Of a stretch of 64,000 nt of DNA, positions 48,786-63,824 are shown one piece after another. A program made the position numbers and the translations under genes. The first letter of the stretch is position 1, and every line of letters begins with the position of its first letter. Under the pieces are notes generated by a model. It did no database searches. It saw only the letters and a program-made list of their open reading frames with translations, and was not told the DNA's origin. This DNA comes from Podarcis filfolensis. Taxonomy: Eukaryota. The stretch lies in NCBI GenBank assembly GCA_964270895.1, contig OZ185440.1. One strand, 5' to 3'.

Positions 48786-49319
48786 TTCTGGAGTACTGTA
48801 CTTTATGAAAATATCACCTCTTCAGTATTTTATGCATTAGAACAAGTGTATATAACTTTTTTCAGGCCAAGGGCTGCATTGGCCCCAGCTAACACTGTAA
48901 ACGAGGCAATGACCATTTTTCAAAAGGGGAAAATTTTGGAGATCACAAAACTGTTTGGCATTGCAGAATCAAATTATGTAGAGTAAGAGAAATGGTTGGG
49001 AGGGATTGCAGGGCCACAAAAAACTATTGGGCAGAGTCAGACTGTGTTAGCCACCTGCTACATTATAACTCTAGATTGGATGTAAAAGACCATGAACAGC
49101 AGGAAGGTACAAGTTCAAAAATTCTAAAATACATAGGCTCAATAGCATTGTTCATGCTTCTGCTTGTGTGGAAACATCTCAAAGGTTTAATTTTACTTTC
49201 CTCACCGCTGTAGCACAATGTAAAATTAACCTTCCACCTGCAGCCAACAAATCTCTCACAAATGGCCCTTTTACCTGTAAACACAGTGGTTGTCATCAGA
49301 AAAGAACATAGCAAAACTT

Positions 49320-50799
49320 CAATGTTTACATTACTTGTTTTATTCATCCAGATTACTAACATTTAGTTGGACTTGAAGAATATTGTATGACAATAAACAG
49401 TTCGTACAAAGCTGTTTGTATAAACAGTATCATATACAAAGTATATCTTGCTTAAGATGCTACAGGCAGTGCTGATTTTAAAAATATTCAACTATTCCAT
49501 ACATACTAGTGACAGCAACCAACCACTCAGTGATAATTTGGTAAGCCCTTTTAGAGTTACTTCACATAGTTGCATGTGGATTCAGGAATAAAATTATAGT
49601 ATCACATATAGAAAAACATAGAAATATGGGTTTGCTGCCATGTACATTCAGAAGCTGCCATGTAGGTTCTAAACATTTATGTATGGTAAACCATATGTAT
49701 ACCATATGTGAAAATCAGTACAGCTATAGAAAATTTTCTTGTGTGAAGCTGTCCACAGCCCTAATACTTACCCTACTTGGGAAGGATTGTGTGTAAAGTT
49801 CTTTAATCAATAGCTCCCTGCAGTGGGAAAATTTTCAGGTCCAACCCACTTTCCGTGCAGCTAAATGCCAGCAATGGGTGTTGTAATCTATCCCAGCAGA
49901 AATTTGGTTCTAATTGCCTCTTAAATACTGTAGAATATCTGCTCTCTCTGGAAGCATATAAACATTGCTGTATTCTCTCATGGAGAGATTGCTTTGCTTG
50001 TTCAGATCAGTCTGAGTTCACATAATGAGTTATTTGAAGAATGCTAATCATATAAAAACTATCATCTCTCCTGGTGTGTGTGGCAGGCCTACTGTAAACC
50101 ACCTTCTGGAGCTGTTTGTGTGTTCCTAAGCAACCGCTGCATGCCTGGAGATAGAAATCCATCACCACAAGTTGAGTATATAATTTCCTTCTCTTATAAA
50201 TCAACATCAGTAGGCAAGGCCTCCAGCAGCTTCTGCTGCTAAGTCTAGTGTCATTCAAGAAAATTTTATTGGAGGCACTTTAAAGTAGGTCAAGAGCAAG
50301 CTACCAAAAGGAGGTGATTCTGCCAAAAACAAGCACCTCTCTGAACTTAGAACATAGCACCATGCTCAGCCGCCTCATTTTAAAAACATGTCCCTTAACA
50401 TGTTCGTAGTATGCATTAAGTTCTGTTCCCCTTACAGATGACTTAACAGCAAGCCTTTTCAGGTCGGAAAATGACTGGCTTAATGCAGTGGTTTTGTTTA
50501 TGCAACAAATATCTGTTATATGATTTCATACTACTGCACTCCATGGGAGCTGCAGGTTTGTCAGATAACTTTATTCTAAGAAGCCCGTTTACTAAGGTTT
50601 ATCTAACCATTTCTTCAAGCCATGGCCTCACTGAGAATAAAATTAATTTATTCTGGTCTTGACAGAATGTATGAAAAACATAAGATGTGACGACTACTAA
50701 AATGAGAGAAGCACCTTCAAATGCCATTCCAAGCCCATGCAGGACTGCTGATAACTCTTGTGGCACTGGACAAGGGCCCAAGCTTCTTCCTTCTTCAAG
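49320..50799 (-). other. PHTF1: Putative PHTF1 3'UTR; minus-strand AATAAA at 50647-50652 (proximal) and 49339-49344 (distal)
   Basis: Follows the TGA at 50800-50802; tttatt hexamers on the + strand. Confidence 0.6.
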
Positions 50800-50820
50800 T
50801 CACGGTTTGATTTTCCACAA
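50800..50820 (-). CDS. PHTF1: PHTF1 last coding exon, LWKIKP*
   Basis: ttttag|TTG TGG AAA ATC AAA CCG TGA. Confidence 0.92.
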   Translation of the reverse strand: MWKIKP

Positions 50821-51142
50821 CTAAAAAATTAAGTAGGCATTATATCAGGAGAGTAGCTTAACAATTGAATTTTAAAAAATCAATCTAAAAAAACAGTAGT
50901 TTCATAGTTCAAAACTAAGCCTTTTAAAGCATATACAAGCAACTGTCAGATCATTGTTCATTTGCAGGCTACACACATGAAGAAGCAGAAACCAATGATT
51001 TAAACTGAGCAGCCTTCTCTGATTTGGTTTGGTTTGGTTTCAAACTGAAGGTCCAGAATTGTGAGGCCCAATTACTGGTTTCATTGGTAACAGTATCTAT
51101 TGCAGCATCACCAAGCCCATAGGAAGGGAAGGCTGTACTTCA

Positions 51143-51346
<204 letters not shown>

Positions 51347-51380
51347 TCAGAAAAGGAAAGTTAACGGGCTAGTCTTGCTT

Positions 51381-51545
51381 AGGAACATAGACAGTTGCTT
51401 TACGCTGTGGACCATCTAGGTCAGTACTGTCCACACTGACCCTTCAGGGTTTCAGACAGCAACGTTTCCCATCCCTACCTAGAAATGCCAAGCATTGAAC
51501 CTGAGACATTCATGCAAAGTATGTGCTCTGCCCCTTCCCAAATGG
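51381..51545 (-). mobile_element. tRNA-derived squamate SINE (Squam3-like), degraded
   Basis: + strand gaacatag..gaccatctaggtcagtactgtc.acactga..cagggtttcagacag..ccctaccta..attgaacctgagac.ttcatgcaaag..gctct; B-box-like ggttcaat on the minus strand. Confidence 0.55.
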
Positions 51546-51596
51546 GCACCACAAAAATACCCTTCAAATGGTCAAACATCATTTTATCAAGTATTA

Positions 51597-51755
<159 letters not shown>

Positions 51756-51876
51756 TCACATCTTTTTTTGATCCAAGTCTGTCCTTCACCTATAGGAGGG
51801 ATAGGAGGCGTGCTCAGCATAAGCAACATTCCTTCACCCATCCTTAGCCTTAGGCACTATTAACTGAAGTAACTTA

Positions 51877-52472
51877 CCGTATTTTTCATCCCATAGGACG
51901 CTCCGTCCCATAGGACGCACCTAGTTTTTTGGGGGGGAAATAAAGGAAAAAATTTCCCCCCCAAAAAATCCCCCCCCCCAAAAAAAAGCAGGTCGGGGAA
52001 ACCTAACCAGGTCGAGGAACAGCGGGATGGCGGCGCTGCGCGTCCCTGCTGTCCCCCGAGCTTGTGGGGCTGGCCGATGTCTGCCCGGCGCACGGGGCGC
52101 TCTGCTTCAGGGCGCCCCGCCCGCCAGGCGGCAGGCTGCTATCCGCAGTGTGGGGAGCCCTGCGGGGATCTCCCGCAGGGCTCCCCACGCTGCGGATGTG
52201 TTCCCGAAGCGCCGGGCGCTCTTTCAGGGCGCCCGACGCTCCGGGAAGCAGGCTGCTATCCACAGCCTAGACAGCCCTGCGGGATCTCCCGCAGGGCTGC
52301 CTAGGCTACGGATGTCTTCCTGAAGCCTGGAGAGCGAGAGGGGTTGGTGGGCACCGACCCCTCTCGCTCTCCACGCTTCAGCGAAAGCCTGCATTCGCCC
52401 TATAGGACGCACCCAGATTTCCCCTTCATTTTTGGAGGGGGAAAAGTGCGTCCTATAGGGCGAAAAATACGG
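51877..52472. mobile_element. Tc1/mariner-class (CCGTAT-ended) MITE, 596 bp, with an internal hairpin array
   Basis: TA-flanked; TIRs ccgtatttttcatcccataggacgc / gcgtcctatagggcgaaaaatacgg. Confidence 0.92.
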
Positions 52473-52867
52473 TAATACTTGCCCTTTTATTAGCGTGGTG
52501 CTTTTCATCAACTCATAAGCAAAGCAGCAGAAACACAGGCCCCCACAAGGAGCTTTAAAATACACACAAACCTAGATGCAGTCCACAAAATGCTTGAAGT
52601 TACCCCCCCCCCAAAAAAAATCAACCATTTGCCTGCATACCAAAGGAGGGTCAGCAAATTACAATACACCCTAGCACCAAAATGAGAGACAAGCTAGTCT
52701 CTCTACCAGAAACATGGGTACCTCAGAGAAAGGGAGATGATAGACTTAGAAGACAGGTGTCTAAACAAATCCTGGCTGCATAGACAGGTGCTTCATGAAG
52801 GGTATGTTTTAAGAGTCCATGTAGCAGGAAAAGTAGTGGGGCAGGAATACAAGGAATTGGATACAGC

Positions 52868-53005
52868 ATCATTTATATCCTGCCTTTTGTTATAGAACTA
52901 AAGGCAGCATACATCTGGTACCCTAGGACTCGCCCATCCTGGCACTGACAAGACCCAGACCTGCTTAGCTTCAGCAAGGCAGTAGCCTCATGAGCCTTCA
53001 GACCA
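52868..53005 (-). mobile_element. 5S rRNA-derived SINE (SINE3-like) relic
   Basis: Minus strand GAAGCTAAGCAGGTCTGGGTCTTGTCAGTGCCAGGATGGGCGAG aligns to 5S GAAGCTAAGCAGGGTCGGGCCTGGTTAGTACTTGGATGGGAGAC (A box, IE, C box), followed by an aaaggcaggatataaat LINE-type tail. Confidence 0.65.
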
Positions 53006-53237
53006 TGCACTGGGTCTGAAAGATGAAAATTAAACACTGAAATTTTGTTACATTTTAAATGTGCAAGTGTGGCACTTTGTAGCCATTAACAAAATGACCC
53101 CAGTATCTTCAAGCACCTGGCTTGAAAACCAGCTTGTTCTTCAAAACTAATAAATTCATTTTATATAGATTTAAGTTGGTAAGTAACAGACTAACTTGTG
53201 AACTGTGCAAAGATCTAGATCAGAGTATGGATATTTA

Positions 53238-53679
53238 TGTCAGAAGTTCAGCCTACACTCAAGTAGGACCCTGGCAGAGAAACATGCCCAACTGGCATGT
53301 TCCCTCCCTCCTGGTCGATCGTTCGGGAGCTTCAAAAGCTTTCTTCAGCCCGAACATCACAGCGACCGATGCCAACCGACACCAGTACACTTAGGGATCC
53401 GCAGAGTTTGCGCACCTTGCGTGACAGACCTCAGCAACTCAGCATTTTGGCTAATCTATTTACATATAAACACACATGGAGCATTGCAACATGGCTCCCT
53501 CTCTCTCTAGCATCAGACAGCAAAGAGAAAAAGAACAAAGGACAGTAGTCCCACTTCACGGAACACAGTAACACAAACATCCTGTCTTCGTCGCTTCCCA
53601 CTCTGCGGAGTCAAAACATACACTGTCATGTGATAGACAAAAATCCCATGACTGCAATCATGGAGCAGGAATTCTAACA
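53238..53679. mobile_element. Solo LTR, 442 bp
   Basis: TG...CA termini with short inverted ends (tgtcagaa / ttctaaca); perfect 5-bp TSD attta (53233-53237, 53680-53684); CpG retained. Confidence 0.85.
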
Positions 53680-53684
53680 ATTTA

Positions 53685-54047
<363 letters not shown>

Positions 54048-55163
54048 TTATTTCTTCTCACAATGCTATTGTGTACCTGTTTAAATATTTCTCTGATTAT
54101 CTTTAGGAAAAAAATTGTAGGGCACTTAAAGAGCCTGCACAGCAAGAACACCACTATCATTCACACAAAAGCAAAAAATAATCTCGAACATGTTTCCTAA
54201 AGTAACAGAAATGCAAGGGGGCTGTAGGAAAGAATTAGCAGGTGAGGAAAATGTAAATAACTCCTCCTACCTGCCCCATTAGCTTCTATAGCATCTTCCC
54301 TGTCCTATTTCTCAGTTGAATTAATCATATGTCACAGCGGAGGGCTTAGCAAGGGGAGAATTATGCCCCTGTGAGTTTGTATCTTGCAACAGATGACTGT
54401 CTCCAGTCTAGCAAGGAACCTAAACTATGGGAAGAGAAAAAGCTGACAGAGTGGGAAGTGTCCGCACCAAAGACTTAAGTTGTTAGCTGGACAAACTTTG
54501 AGTTGTTAGCTGAACAAACTTGGTGCTTTAAACCATGCTTGGTCACTTGAGTTCAGTGTTCAGTTGTATTGGGATATCTTGTCAGTTATGAAATAGATTA
54601 TTAAAGGAAGCAAAAAGCTGAAATTATTGTAACTGAGTTTAGATGCTACCTTCTCTATAGTGTCATTTAGAACAGCTTGCATTATATAAAAGAACAGCTG
54701 GGTGCTTCTCCAGTGCATGTAAAGCAGCCACTGTAACAGAGGTGGAGAACTGGATGAGGCTAGCAGGCCAGATCCTTAACTCCCCTAAGCCTGGGTGAAG
54801 CCACCACCTCACATGTAAGGTGATGGGAGTATACAAAAAACCCTGCATAGTTGAAGCACCAATCAGCTGATTATGGGCTCTTCAAAGCACCAAACAGAGC
54901 ACTTTGCAAGGTGAAAGGAGCTTCCAAAGAGCCCTGGTCTGCTCTTTGCAAGCCCCTGGAAGGATCAACTGACTACAGAGTTCCTAGGGAGCTGATAGGC
55001 ACTGACTTCAACCTCTGTTTTCTGCTAGGATGAGCTGTACTATGGAGTTCCGCCATGGGGAAGTTATTAGCATAAGCAATCCCAGCTGACTGGTAGTACA
55101 TTGGTAAGGAAGGCTTGGTGTCACCACTGGGAGTGCATTGCCACTTTAAGGCTCCCACTTGTG

Positions 55164-55330
55164 TTTTTTAAAATATATTTTTATTAAAGATTTCTTAGTT
55201 TACGAAAAAAACGTGCATTGTCTCTTTTTTCAAGATGCGTTTTCTACAGATTAGTTTTATTTGTTGTGTTACAGTGTTAGGTTAGGAAGAAAAGAGGGGG
55301 GAGGGGGAATGGTGAGTGGGGTAGGGTCGG
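55164..55330 (-). mobile_element. L1-like 3' terminus (A-rich tail)
   Basis: + strand tttttt..tttttattaaagatttcttagtttac..gtgcattgtctct, a pattern I associate with lizard L1 3' ends. Confidence 0.45.
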
Positions 55331-55914
55331 GTGGCAAGGCTCCTACTTGTTCACAGGCAACTGTGTCTTCACCTGTCACTCACCTGACATCACATAAAAT
55401 TTCAGGGTGGAACAAGTGGCCGTGGTCTGGGGGAAACTGCCTCTCAGGCTAACAAGATGTATGTTGGGCCTAATTAGGCACACAGGCCAGAGATTCCCCA
55501 CACCTGCTCTATAAAGGTCGTTCCTCTGTGGAGAGGAAATGTACCAAATCAAAAAGAAATTTTAGCTATAAACCTACTTTTTTAAAAAAAGAGAGAACTG
55601 TTTTTATCCTGTTATTCAGTCAAAGAACTCCTCTGGAACAGCTTACACATCACTGGGGGGGACGGGGACGACTCCTGCCCATTGGATTACAATTTTTTTA
55701 AGTGATGTTTGAAAAAATGTTTGAAAAGGAGGAAGAAACAAGTAAATTCAGGTCCAGCTTTTTAGTTCAAGTTATTTAAATAGAAAATTTTCAAACTCTT
55801 CCCTTTGAGGTGGAACACTCCTCACATTGCATCATACATCCAAATTCAGATGCTTGTATTAGTACTGTATTGATATATAAATTCGATTATCAGCATTGTA
55901 TCTTCAAATAATTA

Positions 55915-56088
<174 letters not shown>

Positions 56089-56461
56089 TCAGTATTTGCT
56101 AATTTTAGTGCTATTGTTATTGTGAGCTGCTTTGAGCTCAAAATTGTTGAGAAAATGGCATACATTTTCTATCAACATAATCATAAAAACACAATAGCAT
56201 ATAAACAACTCAGCAAACAATGCAGTTCAAAACTGACTCATGATTCAAAGCTATCAAAAATTCCTGCTAAGCACCAGCCCATTGCCAGCTGATGCCTTCT
56301 CTCCGGGAAGAGACCTCTTCACCAAGTGCAACATGCAATCCCTTGTGGCAGGTCCTTTCTTAGATTTTGCCACAAGGGGATGGGGCTGATCTCACTCAGT
56401 GCTTGGTGGAACAAGCACTCATTGAAAACAGCCGCACAGTCCTAGGCAGCAGGCTCTTTCA

Positions 56462-56722
<261 letters not shown>

Positions 56723-57002
56723 TCATGACAAACTGCACTTTGCTGTCACTTGGGACTCACAACCAGATCCTCCATTTACCATTACTGCAGTCAGGTTAAT
56801 AAACAATATGCTAAGGAACCCTTCAATAACATTTCTGCAGGTTAGGAAACACATTACTGCAAGGTGTCAAATGAGGAGGAAAACATAATCCATTTAGACT
56901 CTTTCGACAAGCTGCCACTTGCATGCAGAGGGGAAAGATGCAACCCAGTAACACTACACTCATTTTGTGATACGAGAAGCTTGGGTGAAAGAAAGTGAAA
57001 GA

Positions 57003-58565
<1,563 letters not shown>

Positions 58566-58891
58566 CTATTGGTTAGGGAAAGCAAGAGCAAAATTTCACA
58601 GCCTGCAAGAAATGTTTCATTGTAACAGTTAACCCCCCCCCAAAAAAAAACATTTCTCCCCATAGCAATTTCCAGAATGGTAGCAGCATTAATCTGTTTT
58701 TTTGGGGGGGCAGTGTCTTGTGGCACCTTGAAAATGAACACATATATTATAGTAAGCTTTCGTTGACCACATTTCTCCTTACAATTAAATGGCTGCTGCA
58801 GTCTCCCCCAGCCTTGAATGTCCATATCACAGTCCACCTGTCATGTTTCAGCAGAAGTTGCTAAGGTGGGGGACAACTTGGAGCAATTTTA

Positions 58892-59212
<321 letters not shown>

Positions 59213-60026
59213 TTAGCAAACACTTTGCCACTAAGACGTCAAACTTCACTGTTCAAGAGATGGACCTTATTTGAATATGCATGAACACCCTTCAAGGCCC
59301 CAGGCTGTATCCTTACTGCACACTTTGGATGGCATCATCGCCTATAATAACGTACAGATGGCTTTAACATTATGCAGGTTGAAGGGCGACGTAATTCTGA
59401 GAACAAGAAGCTTTCACCATATCTATGAGGCCCTATAAGCTGAGTCTCCTCAAAATCTTTTTTGCGCAATAAAGACACGCTTGTTTTATCATTTGCTGCC
59501 TTGAATCAGCATGGCTTCCACCACTAGTACCACATTTCCTGAGCACTTGAAGGACACAATATTTTATACTTATGCTTTCCCAGAGAGTGCATTTATTTCA
59601 TATGTAAATTGTGCTAATGTCACAGGTACATAACAGAATTTCCCCCCAATTTGACAAACAAAACTCCTTTCACTTTGATGAATCTCTTTAGTAGGAGGCT
59701 TCAGGGAATATAACCCTGCAATGCCCCACAGCCATTGCTGAGACTCTGGCACTTGAAAGATCACTGCCATGCACCAGGATTCAAGTCTCCCACACCATTC
59801 ATGGAAATCTTCTCCTTAGCCCTGCCCTTGTATCGTTGAGGCCATCTAGCAGAATGTGCTTCAGCTAACACTCTGTTTCCTGCTGAGTGGGAATACTCCA
59901 GAACTGAACCACAAACCCAGCTACACTTCCAGTTAAATGGCAAAGAGAAGTGACTTTTGTGCACAGAAACTCCTGACAAAGGAGTTTCGTGTCCTGTTGC
60001 TTGAGGGGGAGATTTTCATTCACTTA

Positions 60027-60284
<258 letters not shown>

Positions 60285-61966
60285 CTACAAGAAAACGTCA
60301 TGCCAAATGATTCAGCTGAGACCAGTCACTAAATGGCCACTTCAATGAGGCCCAAATTGCCCCTGTACAATGCTTTACTGATTTAAGCTGCAACACAGCA
60401 AACAAGCCCAATCCTATTCCTAGCAAGAAAAATGTACAGATTCCTCCTCTGTTTAGAATTGTCTGCCATATGTTTTCACTGGGTCTGCTAGCTTAGCATT
60501 TTCTACAAAGTCCCCCTGCAAAGGGAATCATATAACCGTGCCCTCCAGGGACCAGAGAATCATGCTGAACTCATGTACTTATACTGAACAGGGTGCTGAT
60601 AGCAAGCATAAGTATTCTCAGTGGTAAGAAAGGGCATGCATTTCAGTCACAGGTTGCAGAAATGCATACCAGGCAACTGCTACAATCACTAGCTTCTCAA
60701 GTGGTGTACTTGTGACTGAAAACACTCTCCTGCTCTTCTTCAAGCTTCCTGGTAAACACGTTTTCCCAAACTGGCTGCTGACAAGGTTTTGGTGAGGATA
60801 AAATGAAAGCTGGGGGGAGAGAGACACGGGCACTACCACAAAGTGCAAACGTAATAGACAAATGTGTCCTATACTCATCCAGAAGCATTGCAATATGTAA
60901 TGCAGGACCCTAGAGACAAGCTAAGAAGAACAGGGAGACTACACCTACCCAGAATTTAATTTTGCAACAGAAAAAATAGTGTTAGATAAACCAGTTTATG
61001 TGCTACTTTTCTGCTTTAATAGATTCATTGGAGCTCCAGTGCACCAGTGAAGTCAACATTTTTATGACTTGCCAGTGCTGGAAGGCAGGTAAGAAGATTT
61101 TCTCCAGATTGGTAGAGATTTAAATTTTATTTCATACAAAAATAAATTTGGTTTTAGAAAGGAAAGAGCAACATATTTGCTTTAACACAAGAGATCAGTG
61201 TCCAAAGAACACCAGTCACAGAGCACTGTGTGATATTTTGGGGTGAATTTTTATTGTCAGTGGAGAGCTTTAACAAAATGGAGTTTCTCAGTAGAAACCA
61301 ATTTTTAAGGGGTGAAAACAATAGATCGCCACTGTTGAAGAGTCAATGAAAAAAGCCATTCAAAGTTCAACAAAGTTCTCCCATTTCTCCACCTTCCTTC
61401 ATAATGAAGAGTTCCTGATGCTATATAAAATGTCATGATCTCCCTTTTCACCCCCAAAACTAAGTGGGCTATACACCTTAGAATCTTGTATTCCTAAAAA
61501 ATAAACTGGCCAGTTCTTTGTTCACTTTTAAATAGAAGTGGTACATCACAGAAGAACATTTTACCCTTACAACAAGAATGCATTCTGAGTCTCACATTGG
61601 GTATAGCAAAGCATGACAAATATTTGAGATATTTAGCAAAAAAATGCAATACTCAAGCACATATTTATTCCCATTCTGTTGACATTCTGCTCAGTGTACC
61701 TTTTTAGACAAAGCAAGGAGCAGACATTGAGATAAAGTAGTATGTTTCAACTGGAAACAGATGTCATTCATTTTATCTTCCATCATCACCTACCCAATTA
61801 AAGTTGCACTGAAAGGGTCATGTCATTTAAGAAAAAAACATCAGCAACTACTTCCTCGCATAGGGCTAAAGATAACCACAAATTCGAAAAGGGTGATTAT
61901 CTGCATCCAGGCTCTTCAACTTACGTGACATACTGTAATAATCTAAAATTTTGGGTAAACTGGTAC

Positions 61967-62044
61967 CTCATGAATAACTGTTGTGTCCAGTTCCGATTCC
62001 TCTATGCTGTCAGAGTCTTGCATAGATTTCACGACCTCCTTGAT
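61967..62044 (-). CDS. PHTF1: PHTF1 exon IKEVVKSMQDSDSIEESELDTTVIHE
   Basis: ggcag|ATC acceptor, GAG|gtacca donor, 78 nt; QDSDS.ESE motif. The acceptor position is less certain. Confidence 0.8.
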
Positions 62045-63304
62045 CTGCCTCAGACCACAAAAGACAGTAAGTGCAGAACTTTTACATGTGGGAATGAACA
62101 TACTATTTCTTATCTTCCCATTTCTCTTGTCCAAAGTGTGTGTGTGCTTGCACACACCCCTACATAAACATAACCAGAGGTGGGGGCTTAGTCCTAATCT
62201 TGCTCCTTCACCACCTCACTTTGCCATTTCTTCTTGCCTTCCAACTTGCAGAAAGTGAAGTGGGGTCTTTATGCGAGTTGTAGAATGCTGGAAAATCAGG
62301 GTTCTAAAACCCATGGGGAGCCACCATAGATAGATACATCTTGCCATCCATACTTCTGAAGTGTACAATGAAAAGGCAAGAGTAGCTAACAGCATTGATA
62401 TATCAAATGGTACTTTTGCATTACTTCCTTGTGCATAAGGCTCCAATAGCTGGGACTTTTAATTTTAAAAATGCAGGTGTATGAAGTCATCTAAATAGCC
62501 AAATGATTTCCCTTAAGCCTATGACAACTGCAAACTCTAGCTGCCACTTAGGAGACCATCACCTCTTGTTTTTCTGCTGCCACCGCAGGCACCTTGATGC
62601 TATATAAGAAGAGGGACCTTCTTATATAACTTTTCTGAACAGTTATTTCCTTTCATCAACAGCAAATGAGTTTCGCTTTAAAATTAACTTTAGACAGCTA
62701 GAAATGTGAAGCCTCTAATCTTGAACTACTTACTCCTATCCTTAACATCTGAAAATACTGTTATCTAAGAAGTACTTTTTAATAGATTTATTTTTATCTT
62801 CATGTCTAAAATCCTTACGCTTTATTTTCTTTAAGTACCATTAAACTCATGTTTCGTTCTGGGTTTACTCTAGAACAAGCAAAACTACTGAGTCTACAGG
62901 GATAGTGAGTCAGAAAAGGCCTTTGGGTACCAAAGGGTACCAAAACAGAAAGGCGTCATCCTAGATGTCAGTGTCAGTTCTGTGATTCTATTTTATATTT
63001 TATTATGTCCATCTAGAACACAAACCGTATCAATACATTAAATATACTAGAAAAAGTGGCTTTCATTTTATGTCAATTCCCAATAAGCATTATTCACTTC
63101 ATTTTCAGGCATCCCCAAGTACTGAGGAGTTGAAATACATTTAACAACATGGCAGCATTTAATTCAGGGCTTTAGGATCAAATAAAATTTAACAGCTTAT
63201 TTTCTAGCTGCTTCTGATCAAAGATGACACCCAACCTGGGTCTGTGGAAGTGGAGTAATTACTTCTCTAAGACAGCAATCACTGTTACAGAAACTGTAAC
63301 TTAC

Positions 63305-63475
63305 CTGTGATACTGATTGGTTTGGAGAAGCAGAAGTAGTAACAGAAGGTTTCCTGCTCTGATTTTCACTAGGGGCACCTTCTACACTTCTGCGCAACAA
63401 AACATTCTGACTCACAGCATCTGTATCCTCCTCACTTGACAGCTCATCAGAAACCCCAGAGCGCCTGGCATTAAC
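63305..63475 (-). CDS. PHTF1: PHTF1 exon VNARRSGVSDELSSEEDTDAVSQNVLLRRSVEGAPSENQSRKPSVTTSASPNQSVSQ
   Basis: tttcag|GTT acceptor, CAG|gtaagt donor, 171 nt; SDELSSEED and LLRRSVEGA motifs. Further exons lie beyond the window. Confidence 0.9.
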
Positions 63476-63610
63476 CTGAAAAGAGTACAAGTTAGAATGA
63501 AAGCTAGTCAACATCATGCAGATCGAACTCGTCATGTTCATGTAGCATAATCTGTGTAATAGTTACCAGTAAGTAGAAAACTGCTTGTTAATAGTACCAA
63601 CTAAACACTA

Positions 63611-63824
63611 CAGTGGTACCTCGGGTTACATACGTTTCAGGTCACAGACTCCGCTAACCCAGAAATAGTACCTCGGTTTAAGAACTTTGCTTCAGGATGA
63701 GAACAGAAATTAGCGGCAGCAGGAGGAGGCCCCATTAGCTAAAGTGGTGCTTCAACTTAAGAACAGTTTCAGGTTAAGAATGGACCTCCAGAACGAATTA
63801 AGTACTTAACCTGAGGTACCACTG
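63611..63824. mobile_element. Tc1/mariner (Tigger-like) MITE, 214 bp
   Basis: TA-flanked; TIRs cagtggtacctc / gaggtaccactg; inverted relative of 12800-13024. Confidence 0.9.

Noticed and set aside
52900-52975. Functional 5S rRNA gene
   Set aside because: Partial, diverged, with the 5' third unrecognisable and a retroposon tail.
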